A stretch of 64,000 bases of DNA, taken from positions 76,818,001 to 76,882,000 of the forward strand of contig OZ024741.1 of the NCBI GenBank assembly GCA_964016885.1, written 5' to 3'. The number at the start of each line of letters is the position of its first letter. The stretch's first letter is position 1. This DNA is from Eledone cirrhosa (Eukaryota). The notes beneath the pieces were generated by a model. It saw nothing but the letters and a program-made list of their open reading frames with translations. It made no database searches and was not told the origin of the DNA. Positions 50,259 through 62,409 of this stretch are shown one piece after another. Made by a program: the position numbers and the translations under genes.

Positions 50259-50289
50259 CTGAAGAGATCTAATAAGATCGAAACATGTC
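50259..50289 (+). ncRNA. Hammerhead core lacking the 3' strand of stem I
   Basis: CTGAAGA-GATCT-AATA-AGATC-GAAA-CATG-TC: perfect core and stem II, palindromic ACATGT, GUC site. Confidence 0.6.
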
Positions 50290-51971
50290 CTTTGCTTTCA
50301 CCAAGTTGGCTTATAGACAAGTTCTACTCCCACTGCATTGTCTAAAAATGTTACAAAAAAAAAACTTGATCAGCTCAAGCTATAGGCATCCTCTCCTTTT
50401 CTCGGGATCCAAACATTCCTAAAGGGATTTTGGTTCTGAAATTCTGAGGATAGTCTCAGCTGATCAAAGAATTTTCTTATTTGCCATATTCAGAATGAGA
50501 AACTCTGTATGTATACTTTATGCCAAGGTACCCCCCCCCCCCCCCATTAAATATTTTTGCGTCTACTTTTTGTACACACACATGCACAGGTACACACACA
50601 CAAATACACACACATACACACACACATGTGCACACTTATAAGCACACGCACACACACACGCACACAACCTCATAATCAGCATCATTTCACGGCCAATTTT
50701 CCATGTTGGCATGAAATTGGATGGGTCGTTACAGACCAAGTTACACATCCACATACACTTACACACACACACACAAGTATATATATGCACAGTTGACCCT
50801 ATTTCAAGGTACAGAATGTGACCCACATTACAGTACAGCTCACATATTATCTAGGGCAGTGTAGCCACTCTCACTCTCTCCACACACATGCACATAATTC
50901 TGAATCACATACCAAAATAGTCAATCTGACTGACTGACAGACAAACCCATTCACTCATGGAGCTTGCAACAGCTCAAAACTCACTGATGTATTGTTTGGT
51001 TGTTGTTGTTTAGCCCTAGGTCATCTAAAATTGAACAGATCTATGATCAGGGGTATCCCATCCTTGATAAGTTCCAGTCATTTTGTATATCTAGGACTAC
51101 ATGTCATGTCTTTCTGCTTTAAGCCAGTAGAGTGTAATTCAAAGGAATTTAGCTGCTATTTCTACCAAGCAGTTTCTTCTGCTGTTACTATAATGGTTTC
51201 TTGATCCTCTCATCCAGAAAGCTGTGTACCTCTTCCTCCATATCATCATCTTTCTAAACCCACTTTATGCATCTGTCTCTCCTCCTCACACATTCCACAC
51301 TATATTTCACCCTCAAAATCCTGTGTACTGACCACTTTCTCCTGACCAGTCCTTCGACGCCCCCAGCCCTCCAACACACACACAACTGTAACTGTCTCCC
51401 CACCACCACCCCTAACTGACTATGACTTCCCACTTACATTACAGTGCTGAGGTTAAAATCAAACTTCTTAAGCTCCATATTTTTGGACTATATGTTTTTT
51501 GACTGTATGTTTTCGGACTGTACAATTCTGTACTCAATGCTTCTAGGCTTTCTATGCATGGGCTATATATTCTATTGCATGAACATTATAACTAATATTA
51601 TAAAACCTTTTGCCTAAAATCAATATATCTTTTGATATTTATAATTTTTAATACCTACATTATATGCTTTCACTATACCATTCTCTTACATATATTGATA
51701 TAATATTCTTGCTATAATATTTTTGTTATAATTTTTTGCTATAATTAATAACCATATCCTTATAAATAACATATACCTCCAATTATTTATATTATAGCTT
51801 TAATACAATTTTTCATTATAATCTTTCATTACAATGTTTATATCTCTTCAATTTTCTTATGCTCTTGCTCTTTAATATATTGATATTAACACTTATACTT
51901 AGTCTTCTCACCTATAATGTATCCTGCTAATGTTCTAGTGATTAGGAATATATTTGTTTTAACCTTTATAT

Positions 51972-52016
51972 GCTCTGATGATTCCAGACCTATATCTGGA
52001 TGAAACAATCATAAGC
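51972..52016 (+). ncRNA. Minimal hammerhead ribozyme (one stem III mismatch)
   Basis: GCT-CTGATGA-TTCCAGA-CCTATA-TCTGGAT-GAAA-CAATCA-TA-AGC. Confidence 0.65.
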
Positions 52017-52171
52017 TATTAAATGTTTTAAACACAATTTGATTGTTATTAATGTTGTATTTCTGCTCTGTATTATACTTGATATTTTACATTGAGCTAC
52101 TTTCTTACTGGTAATCGGGTAACACATAATATTACCCTTATCTTATTTATATTATTATATATAAATATAAT

Positions 52172-52224
<53 letters not shown>

Positions 52225-52335
52225 ATATGTGTTGATTGATCTTCGCAAACAATGAACTATATACTTAATAATAATAATATATATAGAAGATTGAACAATG
52301 AAAATAAATAAAACAAAGTTTAGTACTTAATTAAT

Positions 52336-52459
52336 CCATTGTTTTATAATCGTTTCAAAGGGCAAAATAAATTAAGATATTGATATATTGACTAATCGAG
52401 ATCATAGTATTAGTCTGGATAAAATACATCCATTCTGTCCTTTACCTCAGAAACAATGG
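52336..52459 (-). ncRNA. Degenerate hammerhead with a 9-bp stem I and a very long stem II
   Basis: Minus strand reads CCATTGTTT-CTGAGGT-AAAGGACAGAAT...ATTTTGCCCTTT-GAAA-CGATTA-TA-AAACAATGG; A9 is altered. Confidence 0.55.
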
Positions 52460-52611
52460 GTCAGGAAATTCTATTAAAAAGATACAAAAAATACAGGTAA
52501 AAGGACACATGGGAATATCTCGTCTATGAGGAAGAAGTGTGGTCAAATGAAGAGTGGAGAAAAAATTTAGAAGTAAAATAATAAGGATTACATAAAAGAC
52601 AGATAATATAG

Positions 52612-52895
52612 TAAAATAATAATAATGAAAACTATTGTGTACAGTGCTCAGGTGCATTACAACTCATCAAAGGTGCATGTATAGTACATAGAATAATGTA
52701 CAAATGTCAGGAAAGTGTACAGTGTATGAGTCATGATATACACACAGATACATGCTTGCGTTGGTATGGAGGGGGGAATATCAGGAGTAGTGTTGGTGAA
52801 TTTCAGGAAGCATGGAGGTTTTAAAGGATGCAATATCCCAACAGATAACAACTGATGAAGGTAGTTTGTTCCATGCTTCCGAAAGTCATGGGGGC
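52612..52895 (-). mobile_element. CR1-group LINE 3' end
   Basis: Reverse complement homologue of 32480-32770. Confidence 0.85.
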
Positions 52896-53084
52896 TGATT
52901 AAATCGATTAGAGTGTGTTATGGTAACAAATATCATTCAAATGTTCTGTGAGGAAATTAGGTAACCCTGGTAGTAGAATGACCATATATTTACACCTATA
53001 CATGTATATGTGTATACTATACAAACACAAATACATGTATATACACACATGCACACACACATACACACACTAAAGTATACATCA

Positions 53085-54070
53085 GCTGATTAGCCCGATT
53101 TGCATACAGAGCGATTTTACGGCTGGCTTTGCTGAAAATTAAAAACAAAATTAGAATTTCATTTCTCGTTCTCACATAGCGGGCTACATAAATGTATTTA
53201 TGAGTTTTATATCAAATATTAATAATTGTTTCTACTTTTGGCACAAGGCCAGCAATTATCCCAGTGCATTACTGGTACTTTATTTTATCGACCCCGTAAG
53301 GATGAAAGGCAAAGTCAACCTCGGCGGGATTTGAATATTAATAATAACACTCGGTTGGTTTGCAAGCAAATAGCTTCATTATGCTATGGTTTTTAGATGA
53401 CTATGATCATCCATTCTTTCTAGCGGTGGCATAGAAAAACAGTCAACATGTTTCTGGATTATTGCCCTTTGTCAAGACTATATTTCTCTGCCACTTGCTA
53501 GAACTGTTGAAAATATATAACATTTTCTGAAGTATACTTTGGCTGATTAGCCTCATTTGCATACCAGGCAATTTTATAGCTGACTTTGCCAAAAATTAAA
53601 AACAAAATTAGAATTTGATTTCTCGCTCTCACATAGCGGGGTTACATAAATATACTTCAGAAAATACTATATATTTTCGACAGTCCAAGCTAGTGGCAGA
53701 GAAATACATAGTCTTGACAAAGGGCAATAACCCAGAAACATGTTAATGAACAGCTGATGATGGTCATCTAAAAAACATAGTGTAATGAGGCTGTTTGCTT
53801 GCAAACCAATCAAATATTATTTGGCAGTATCGGTAGAGGGTCAGACGTCATGCTTTGACGCATAGAGTTACGGCCCTTTCCATTCTGAGTTCAAATCCCG
53901 CCGAGGTCAACTTTGCCTTTCATCCTTACGGGGTCGATAAAATAAAGTACCAGTAATGTACTGGGTAATTGCTGGCCGTGTGCCAAAAATAGAAACAATT
54001 ATTAATATTCAATATAAAACTCATAAATCAGCTATGTGAGAGAGAGAAATCAAATTCTAATTTTGTTTTT
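53085..54070. repeat. Compound ~1 kb diverged inverted repeat with hammerheads and mirror-positioned SINEs
   Basis: About 53140-53536 pairs with 53651-54070. A direct repeat links 53085-53195 and 53542-53655. SINE family 1 lies at 53225-53335 (-) and 53821-54000 (+). Confidence 0.8.
53441..53479 (-). ncRNA. Minimal hammerhead with a U3-A8 covariant core (mirror remnant at 53710-53744 +)
   Basis: Minus strand reads AGTC-TTGACAA-AGGG-CAATAA-TCCA-GAAA-CATG-TT-GACT. Confidence 0.62.
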
Positions 54071-54202
54071 ATATATATATACACACACGTACACATATAT
54101 ATATATACACATATACATACACACACACACATATATATATACATATGCATTTTTCCAATTCCACCCTGCCCATCCCTTCAATCTATCTAATTTATCATTC
54201 TT

Positions 54203-54238
54203 TCTGCTGATGAAGGACTAGTGTCCGAAACGTTAAGA
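54203..54238 (+). ncRNA. Minimal hammerhead, second copy of the 35531 family
   Basis: TCTG-CTGATGA-AGGAC-TAGT-GTCC-GAAA-CG-TT-AAGA. Confidence 0.7.
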
Positions 54239-54344
54239 CTCTCTTCCTGCTATTTCAAGCGTTAACCTAATATATTCCTCCCATATACTGAACCGATTGT
54301 GTTGTTATTTCTGTTTTCCTTTTACATACATATATATATATAAT

Positions 54345-54628
54345 CATCATAATCATCATTTTACATCCGCTTTTCCGTGCTTGCAAGGGTGGGACAGGAA
54401 CTTATTCTGGCTTGATTTCTACAGCTGGATGCCCTTCCTAACACCAACCTCATTTACAGTGAGTGCTGGGTGCTTTTTTGCCATCTCGTTTCTACAGCTG
54501 AGTAAACTGGAGCAATGTGAAATAAAGTGCCTTGCTCAAGGAAACAACACATTACCCGGTCTGAGAATTGAACTCACAACCTTTCGATTACAAGGCCAAT
54601 GCTCCAACCACTAAGCCATGTGCCTCCA
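54345..54628 (-). mobile_element. SINE family 2 with an internal deletion
   Basis: Reverse complement of 12679-13020 lacking about 50 bp of the middle. Confidence 0.87.
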
Positions 54629-57600
54629 TCAACGGACTGGGTGGAGTAGGAATTATGTTAGCTGAAAAATGGGTAGATAAGGTAATCGACGTAAATAGAG
54701 TAAATGACAATAATTAAAATAAGGCTAGTTCTAAATAAAACTACTGTGACAATAATATCCGCTTATGCACCCCAATCTGGTCTACTTGACGTTATAAAGG
54801 ACAGGTTCTATGAGACGCTAATGCACACTACCTCCCAAATAACCGACAGCGACTACCTAATTATTGCTGGCGATCTAAACGGCCACGTTGGACAACATAG
54901 TGATGGCTATGATGGAATCCATGGAGGCTATGGGGTTGGAAATAGAAATGAGGAAGGCTTCAGAATCCTGGAATTCTGTGACACCAATAACCTAACTATC
55001 TGTAACACAAACTTCAAAAAACGTGAAAACCACTTGATCACCTATAGATCAGGGGAACATGCCAGCCAGATAGATTATATCCTTACTAGAAGACGAGACA
55101 AAGTGTCTGTTGTAAACACTAAATCCCTCCCCTGTGAAGAATGCACCTCCCAACATAGCCTAGTAGTTAGTGACCTCACAGTCAGAAATAGACGTACTCA
55201 ACGACAGAGGAGGCCTACCTTGAGGAGAAGAATATGGAAGTTGAAGGACCCCATAGCCAGTGACAAATTTAAAAGCTTATTACTTGATGCCTTTGACAAT
55301 AAGGAAGAGCAATTAGAGACGTGCGATATAGAGGAACAGTGACAATTCTTGAAAGTGAACCTGCTGAAAGCAACGGATGAAATCTGTGGCCGGAGCAGAC
55401 CTATTGGCAGGAGGAGAGTAACTTGGTGGTGGAACAGTAAGGTAGAAGAGACAATCAAGACCAAAAAGCAGGCTTGGAAAGTATGGCAGGATGGGGGAAG
55501 TAGAGAGCACTATCAAGTGGCCAGGAGAAAAGCTAGGAGACAAGTGTACCTTGCAATAAGGGAAGCAGAGGATAGAAAGTTCAAGCATGTTCTACAACGT
55601 GAGGACCAAAAACGCGAGGTGTTCAGGAATGCTAGACAACGTGTCAAGGAAAACCATGATATTGTCGGGGAGAAGTGTGTCCGTAATGATAACGGTGTAC
55701 TTGCCCTCACTTATGCTGATAAGAAGATAGCCTGGAAGTGTCACTACGAGAGACTATTAAATGAGGAGAATAAGTGGGAAAAAGATAGTCTGCCCCAAAT
55801 CGATCCAATAGAAGGACCAGCGGTGCAAGTTAAAGGTAGTATAATAAGTAAGGTAATCAAAGATATAAAGACAGGCAAGGCAGCTGGGCCTTCAGAGATA
55901 GTTGCTGAGATGTTGAAGGCATCTGGAATGGTGGGACATACTATGGTCACCCGTATAGTTAACCAAGTAATACAGAATGGGGTCATACCAAAAGACTGGC
56001 GTAGCAGCATCATCATTAACTGCTACAAGGGTAAAGGAGATGCTCTAGATAGAGGAAACTATAGAGGCATTAAGTTAGTTGACCAGGTCATGAAGGTCAC
56101 AGAAAGAGTTATAGCGCAACTAATCAGAGAGCGAATTGATCTAGATGAAATGCAGTTTGGGTTTGTGTCAGGTAAAAGTACCACAGACGCTCTTTTCCTT
56201 GTACGACAACTACAAGAGAAGTACCTAGCTAAAAGTAAACCCCTCTACTTAGCTTTTGTAGACCTGAAAAAAGCCTTTGACAGAGTCCCCCGCTCCATTA
56301 TCTGGTGGGCTCTTAGAAAACTAGGTGTAGATGAATGGCTTGTGAGAGCTATACAAGCCATGTATAATGAAACAGTCAGTAAGGTTAGAATTAACAATGA
56401 ATATTGTGAAGAATTTAGTGTAAAAGTTGGTGTTCACCAAGGCTCTGTCCTTAACCCCTTATATTTATTATTGCCCTTCAGGCTATAACAGAGGAGTTCA
56501 AGACCAGCTGCCCATGGGAACTCCAATACGCAGATGATCTAACGCTCATAGCTGAATCAATGGCTGAACTAGAAAATAAATTCCAAACATGGAAGCATGG
56601 CCTAGAATCAAAAGGCCTTAAAGTTAACTTGTCTAAGACTAAAGTCCTAGTTTGTAGAAATGAAAATAAGGCACAGGTACCCTCAGGGAAATGGCCTTGC
56701 TCAGTGTGTAGGAAAGGAGTAGGCAGAAATTCAATTTTATGTCCCAAATGCAAAGTTTGGGTACATAAAAGATGGTAAACTGTCTAAGAACGTAGACTTT
56801 ATATGTGGCCGATGCTCAGGTGCCATAGGTAGCAAGTGTCCACAAGATACTAGCCCCTTCTATTGCCCAGATGGTTCTATAGAAATAGTAGACACTTTCC
56901 ATTACCTGGGTGACGAAATCAGCAGTGGTGGAGGGTGTTCTGAAAGTACAGTAGCCATAGTCAGAACGGGAGGGAAAAAGTTCAGAGAGCTTATACCGCT
57001 GTTGGCCACAAAAGGTTTCTCTCTAAAAATGAAAGGCAGATTGTATGATGCTTGTATACGAACATCAATGCTACATGGCAGTGAGACATGGGCATTGTGT
57101 GCAGAGGACCTGCGTAGACTGGAAAGGAACGAAGCATGCATACTCCATTGGATGTGTAATAGTAATATACGTGAACGGCAAAGCATAAATGAGAAATTAG
57201 TCAGAAATTAGGAATAAGAGGTCAGATGTTTACTCGAGAGAAGACTACGTTGGTATGGCCACGTGATGCGCATGAAAGACGACAGCTGTATAAAAAAGTG
57301 CAGGGCGATCAAAATTGATGGTAGTTACGGAGTAGGTAGACCCAGAAAAACCTGGGACGATCTGATAAATTCCGACCTTACACACTTGCACCTCTCTAAG
57401 ACAATGTCACTGGACCGAGATCTTTGGCGCTACACAGTAATACAGAAGACCTGCCTTGCCTATGTACAAAGTGAAACCTACAGTCAGTAGGGACCTCTTA
57501 ACCAAATATACACCCCAATCCACTACCCTTACCCTATCCTCCCACTCCCACCAACACCAACCTCTCTCTATAAAGTTGGTAACACAACATCCAGTCCAAA

Positions 57601-57878
57601 TAAATTAGATAAATGAGATCGTGTAGGTGTCACGAGAAAAAAACACACAGTCCACGCTGTAATGTGGCCATGTAGGTAACACGGTAAAAAGTTCCCAGTT
57701 CCACACTGTAAATGTGGTTGGTGTTAGGAAGGGCATCCAGCCGTAGAAAACCTGCCACATAGTCCTATATGAGCGAGACATGGTCACCCGACCAACCTTG
57801 CTTCAAGTGAGACAACTCCCGTCTTACCCATGCTAGCGTGGAAAATGGACGTTAAACGAAGATGATGATGATGATGAT
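54629..57878 (+). mobile_element. Near full-length RTE family A LINE (APE, RT, PHD-like finger), inactivated
   Basis: APE motifs GVGIML, ISAYAPQ, GDLNGHVG, SQIDYIL, QHSLVV. RT in ORF 55349..56488, with YADD near 56530. Stop at 55340 and several frameshifts. 3' UTR and (GAT)n tail present. Confidence 0.96.
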
Positions 57879-58207
57879 ATCATCATTTTACGTCCGCTTT
57901 TCCCTGCTTGCAAGGGTGGGACAGGAACTGATTCTGGCTTGATTTCTACAGCTGGATGCCCTTCCTAACACCAACCTCATTTACAGTGAGTGCTGGGTGC
58001 TTTTTTTTCTGTGGCACCTCCACGACCACTTTGCAGTGGAATGATATGGACCCCAGTCCCTATCATCTCATTTCTACAGCTGAGTAAACTGGAGCAATGT
58101 GAAATAAAGTGTCTTGCTCAAGGAAACAACACATCACTCGGTCTGAGAATTGAACTCAACCTTTCAATTGCAAGGCCAATGCTCTAACCACTAAGCCATG
58201 TGCCTTC

Positions 58208-58208
<1 letters not shown>
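57879..58208 (-). mobile_element. SINE family 2, full length, tail-to-tail with the LINE
   Basis: Reverse complement of 12679-13020. Confidence 0.9.
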
Positions 58209-58286
<78 letters not shown>

Positions 58287-58582
58287 CATATATAAACAAA
58301 CACATGTGTATATATATATATATATACACACATATATATATATATAAAGTTAAAGTTAAGGTATATATATAATTTCAGTTTTTTAATTAGAATCCTTAGT
58401 TGTGAAGTATAAACTCTTACAAATGTTACTCGGTAACACAGAAAAACTGATTATCATATGATGCTGTAATTATATAATGAATATTCTGGAACATATTTGA
58501 AAATTAAGAAAAATTCAAGGTAGATGTATCTGGAGACAGATTTGCCAACTGGTATAACAAATGAGATGCCCAGTACGCCCCT

Positions 58583-58742
58583 AATAATTGTTTCTACTTT
58601 TGGCACAAGGCCAGCAATTATCCCAGTGCATTACTGGTACTTTATTTTAACCACGGTGGGATTTGAACTCAGATCATAAAGGGATGTAACTCCATGCTTC
58701 AAAGCATGGCGCCCGACCCTCTACCAATACTGCCAATCCACC
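58583..58742 (-). mobile_element. SINE family 1 with a central deletion
   Basis: Matches the family 1 head and 3' end. Confidence 0.85.
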
Positions 58743-59089
58743 TAATAATACCCTCCTTTTATGCTATAGCAGCCGCCACATCCTTATATTCCCAAACCCA
58801 CCTTCTACCATATCATCTCTACAACTGTGACCTGACCCAGTCAATCTTAACCCCCACCCCTCCACCATCAGACCCATCTCCCCCACATACAGTAGAGAGC
58901 TCTTTAATCAAGTCAATGACAGCCAACCATATATATATATATATAGATATATACAGATATATATTTATATATACATTTATATATATATAGAGAGAGAGAG
59001 ATAAGTTATTCTGGGTTCAATCGGGGGTAACCACGAATGAAACAGTTCTAGTCCTGTAGAAGCTTTTCTATATTAAAATATATATATAT

Positions 59090-59369
59090 ATACAATATGT
59101 TGAAAAGGTAACACACTAGAGATATACAGTGCGCTATCAATAAAACAGGGAAAAAACCACCAATGTATGGAATCTATAACCTATGAAAGGCAGACTATAG
59201 ATTCCATACACTGGTGGTTTTTTCCCTGTTTTATTGATAGCGCACTGTATATCTCTAGTGTGTTACCTTTTCAACATATTGTATTTTAAAGAGCTCAGGA
59301 TTTCTTCTCCTTCGAGCACATTATTTACAGGGAATGGCGAAGCTCTATGGCTCCGTTAATTTATCGTGA
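59090..59369 (+). repeat. 89-bp-arm inverted repeat (1 mismatch) plus an 85-nt tail in (TA)n
   Basis: 59090-59178 pairs with 59196-59284 across a 17-nt spacer. Confidence 0.88.
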
Positions 59370-59386
59370 TATATATATATATATAT

Positions 59387-59562
59387 ATATAATTGAATAA
59401 ACAAGAGAGATGAACACTAATATAAACATATATGTGTTCGAATCGTAAGGACTAAAATTTGCTAGGGTGAAAAAAGTGTTCATCTCTCTTGTTTATTCAA
59501 TTATATTGTACGGGTTGGAAAAGCTTTTTTCTTAGAGCTATTTAATTGTAAGAGTTCTTAAC
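59387..59562 (+). repeat. Perfect 32-bp-arm inverted repeat plus a 56-nt tail
   Basis: 59387-59418 pairs with 59475-59506. Confidence 0.82.
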
Positions 59563-59588
59563 TCTCTCTCTCTATATATATATATATA

Positions 59589-59718
59589 TCATCATCATCA
59601 TCATTGTTTAACATCCATCTTCCACGCTTGCATGGGTTTGGACGGGAGTTTTCCCACTTGAGGCAAGATTGGTTGTCTTGCTCATATAGGACTGTCTGGC
59701 GGGTTTTCTACGGCTGGA
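59589..59718 (-). mobile_element. RTE family A extreme 3' end
   Basis: Reverse complement of 23235-23368. Confidence 0.85.
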
Positions 59719-61009
59719 TATATATATATATATGTATATACTTTTTTTTTTCAGTTCAAAAACACAAAACTGACACTTGGTCACTCTTCAGAAAAGGTTT
59801 GGGAGAGTCGAGAGAGAGAGAGGGGGAGTTATGTAAGGGAGCCATAGGTTAAGGCAGGGAGTGAGAGAGCAGAGGGACTAGAAAGAGATATAGTGAATGA
59901 ATTCTAGAAAGCAATGAAAGGAAAGTTATGTAAGGGAAATGTAGGTAAGACAGTGAGAGAGGAAAGGTGGTAAAAAGATAAAGATGAAAGCAGAGCTGAA
60001 TAAAAGCTTGGTGAGGTACTCAACTATATAAAGTGTGGTGTAGTGGGTAATGGAGGACCCTCATTATAAAACAACACAAAAAAATGAAAATATATAATAT
60101 TTTGATTATTTTGAAGTTCCTCTTTACTTGACGTCCTAAACACATTAGTGAATCAAGGGCTGGGTGAGAGAGAAAGGGAGAGGGAACAAGAGAGAGAGGG
60201 GGATGAGAGAAAGAGAGAGATAGAGAGAGTGAGAGAGAGAGGTGTGTGAGATATCAAGTGAAGATAAGAGAGAAGAATCCCAGAAAAAAATCTTTGCTTG
60301 AAAAATTGTTAAACAGTGAATTGCAGTGTGTGTGTATTTATTGTGTATGGGGGGAGGGGGTAGGCCGGAAGTCTATGAACTACTTTAAACTGGACAGGAA
60401 TGGTTGGAATGATTATGTAATATGGATATATAGAACAGTTTTAGTGATATGGTAAACTCTAGGAGTGGTGAGTGTATATTTTGTGGTGGCAGTGAAGGTA
60501 ATAGTGATAAAGTTGATGGTGTTGGGAGTGGTGATAATGTGGTTGGCTGCCTTCATGTCCACTCTCCTTCAATTTAGTACTGCCACCACTTCTTCCAATC
60601 TCCCTGACATCGCCCCAACATTCCATGTCCCAAATTTCACATAATATACTGGTCTCCACAGGGAACATCAGGCATTTGGCCATCATAAATAGACTGAACT
60701 CCTCCCTTGTTTCAATGGAGTTCCTTACCTGGAGTTTTGATAAGAGGGAGTGGGGAACCCCATGAGGTACTTTTTACTGAACCCTGCTCATATCGTATTA
60801 TTCTTTTTCTAGCAGTTTTATGGCTGAATGGCTTTCCTGACACCAACTTTTAGCTACCTCTTACAATATGCAAAGATATGGTGTACCTATTCTAAACCAC
60901 ATACACAGGGACACATATATTTATACACATATGTACATTCAACTGGTGTCTGATAGTTAATACAATATATATATATATTTATATATATACATTAAAAAGA
61001 AAGTAGCAA

Positions 61010-61416
61010 GGAAGAGCCATTATGAAAGATTATTAAATGAGGAGAATGAATGGGAGCATGATGGTCTACCAAGTAGACCCAACAGAGGGTTAAGTCATTC
61101 AAGTTAGCAGCAGTGGAGTAAGTAAGGCAATTACGGATATGAAGACAGGGAAAACATCTGGTTCATCAGGGATAGTCGCAGAGATACTGAAAGCATCTGA
61201 AATGGTGAGTCATATCTTAACCACTTGTATTGTAAACCAAGTAATACTAAATGGTGTCATACTAATGATTGGCATAGCAGAATCATTGTATTAGACAGTG
61301 AATTAATGCCGCGAATGTTTGGAACGCAAAAGTATTTGCTACAAGGGTAAAAGAGATGCACTAGATAGAGAAAACTATAGAGGCATCAAGTTGATGGAAC
61401 AAGTCGTGAAGGTCAC
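61010..61416 (+). mobile_element. Old RTE linker/RT N-terminal fragment
   Basis: HYERLLNEENEWE..MKTGKTSGSSGIVAEILKAS..CYKGKRDALDRENYRGIKLMEQV. Confidence 0.85.
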
Positions 61417-61723
61417 ATCGTTCCTGAAAATTTGGAAAAGTTGACATGCAGTGTCTGTAACCATCGCTGTAAAAATGCTACAGGCCTGAAATTACACATG
61501 TGTGCTCATCAAATGGAATAACGGAAGATTTTCTTTGCTGCAATTCTCTTTTCGTTTCTTACCTGGGAACTACTTTTGTTTCATCTTCTTTTGAATACTC
61601 ACATGTCCTTTTCGACGGGAGAGTCCATCATGCATACATGTATGTGTGTGTGCATATGTACTGTATGCATATATGTGTATATATGTATGTATGTATGTAT
61701 ATATATATATACATATAGAGAGA

Positions 61724-62122
61724 TGACCCCTTAGCCTTTGTCAAGGCAGAATTCTAGGAGAAGGAAAACTCTGATATAACACCTACAACCCTGATGGTAT
61801 CCAATGATGTTGACTTGTTCTTCTTTTTGGTAAATATCATCTTGGTTAAGAGAGTGGGACTGGCTTTGTGCAGTGCCTTTGCTCACTATAAAAGCTTCAC
61901 GGCACAGGCATTGCTTTATATCTGGAGATCTCTCTGCATTTGTCGTCACATGGTGCCATGGGCCCAGCACTATGTGTCAATAATTGTCACAGGTGCAGTG
62001 TTTGTGCCAGAGTTTTCAAGTCGTTGGCTGGACTAAGAAGTCGCACTCGTTCGGCGCATCGGTGGGGGTTCTCCTACATGGATATAAAGTAGTGGCCGTA
62101 CTCGAAAACGAGTTGGCAGCCA

Positions 62123-62125
<3 letters not shown>
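61724..62125 (+). mobile_element. Bipartite non-autonomous BovB/RTE derivative (5' UTR-like segment joined to a zinc-finger remnant and 3' end)
   Basis: TTCTAGGAGAAGGAAAACTCTGA resembles an RTE 5' UTR motif. Encodes the remnant [22 protein letters not shown]. 3' end TGGCCGTACTCGAAAACGAGTTGGCAGCCACCAT. Confidence 0.68.
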
Positions 62126-62206
<81 letters not shown>

Positions 62207-62221
62207 GTACATATATATATA

Positions 62222-62259
<38 letters not shown>

Positions 62260-62269
62260 TATATATATA

Positions 62270-62308
<39 letters not shown>

Positions 62309-62337
62309 ATTTGTATATATACATATGTGTGTGTAAG

Positions 62338-62386
<49 letters not shown>

Positions 62387-62409
62387 ATATAAATATGTAT
62401 ATACACATG

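Noticed and set aside
54629-57878. Active autonomous LINE
   Set aside because: It is 5'-truncated within the APE domain, with a nonsense codon at 55340 and several frameshifts or deletions.
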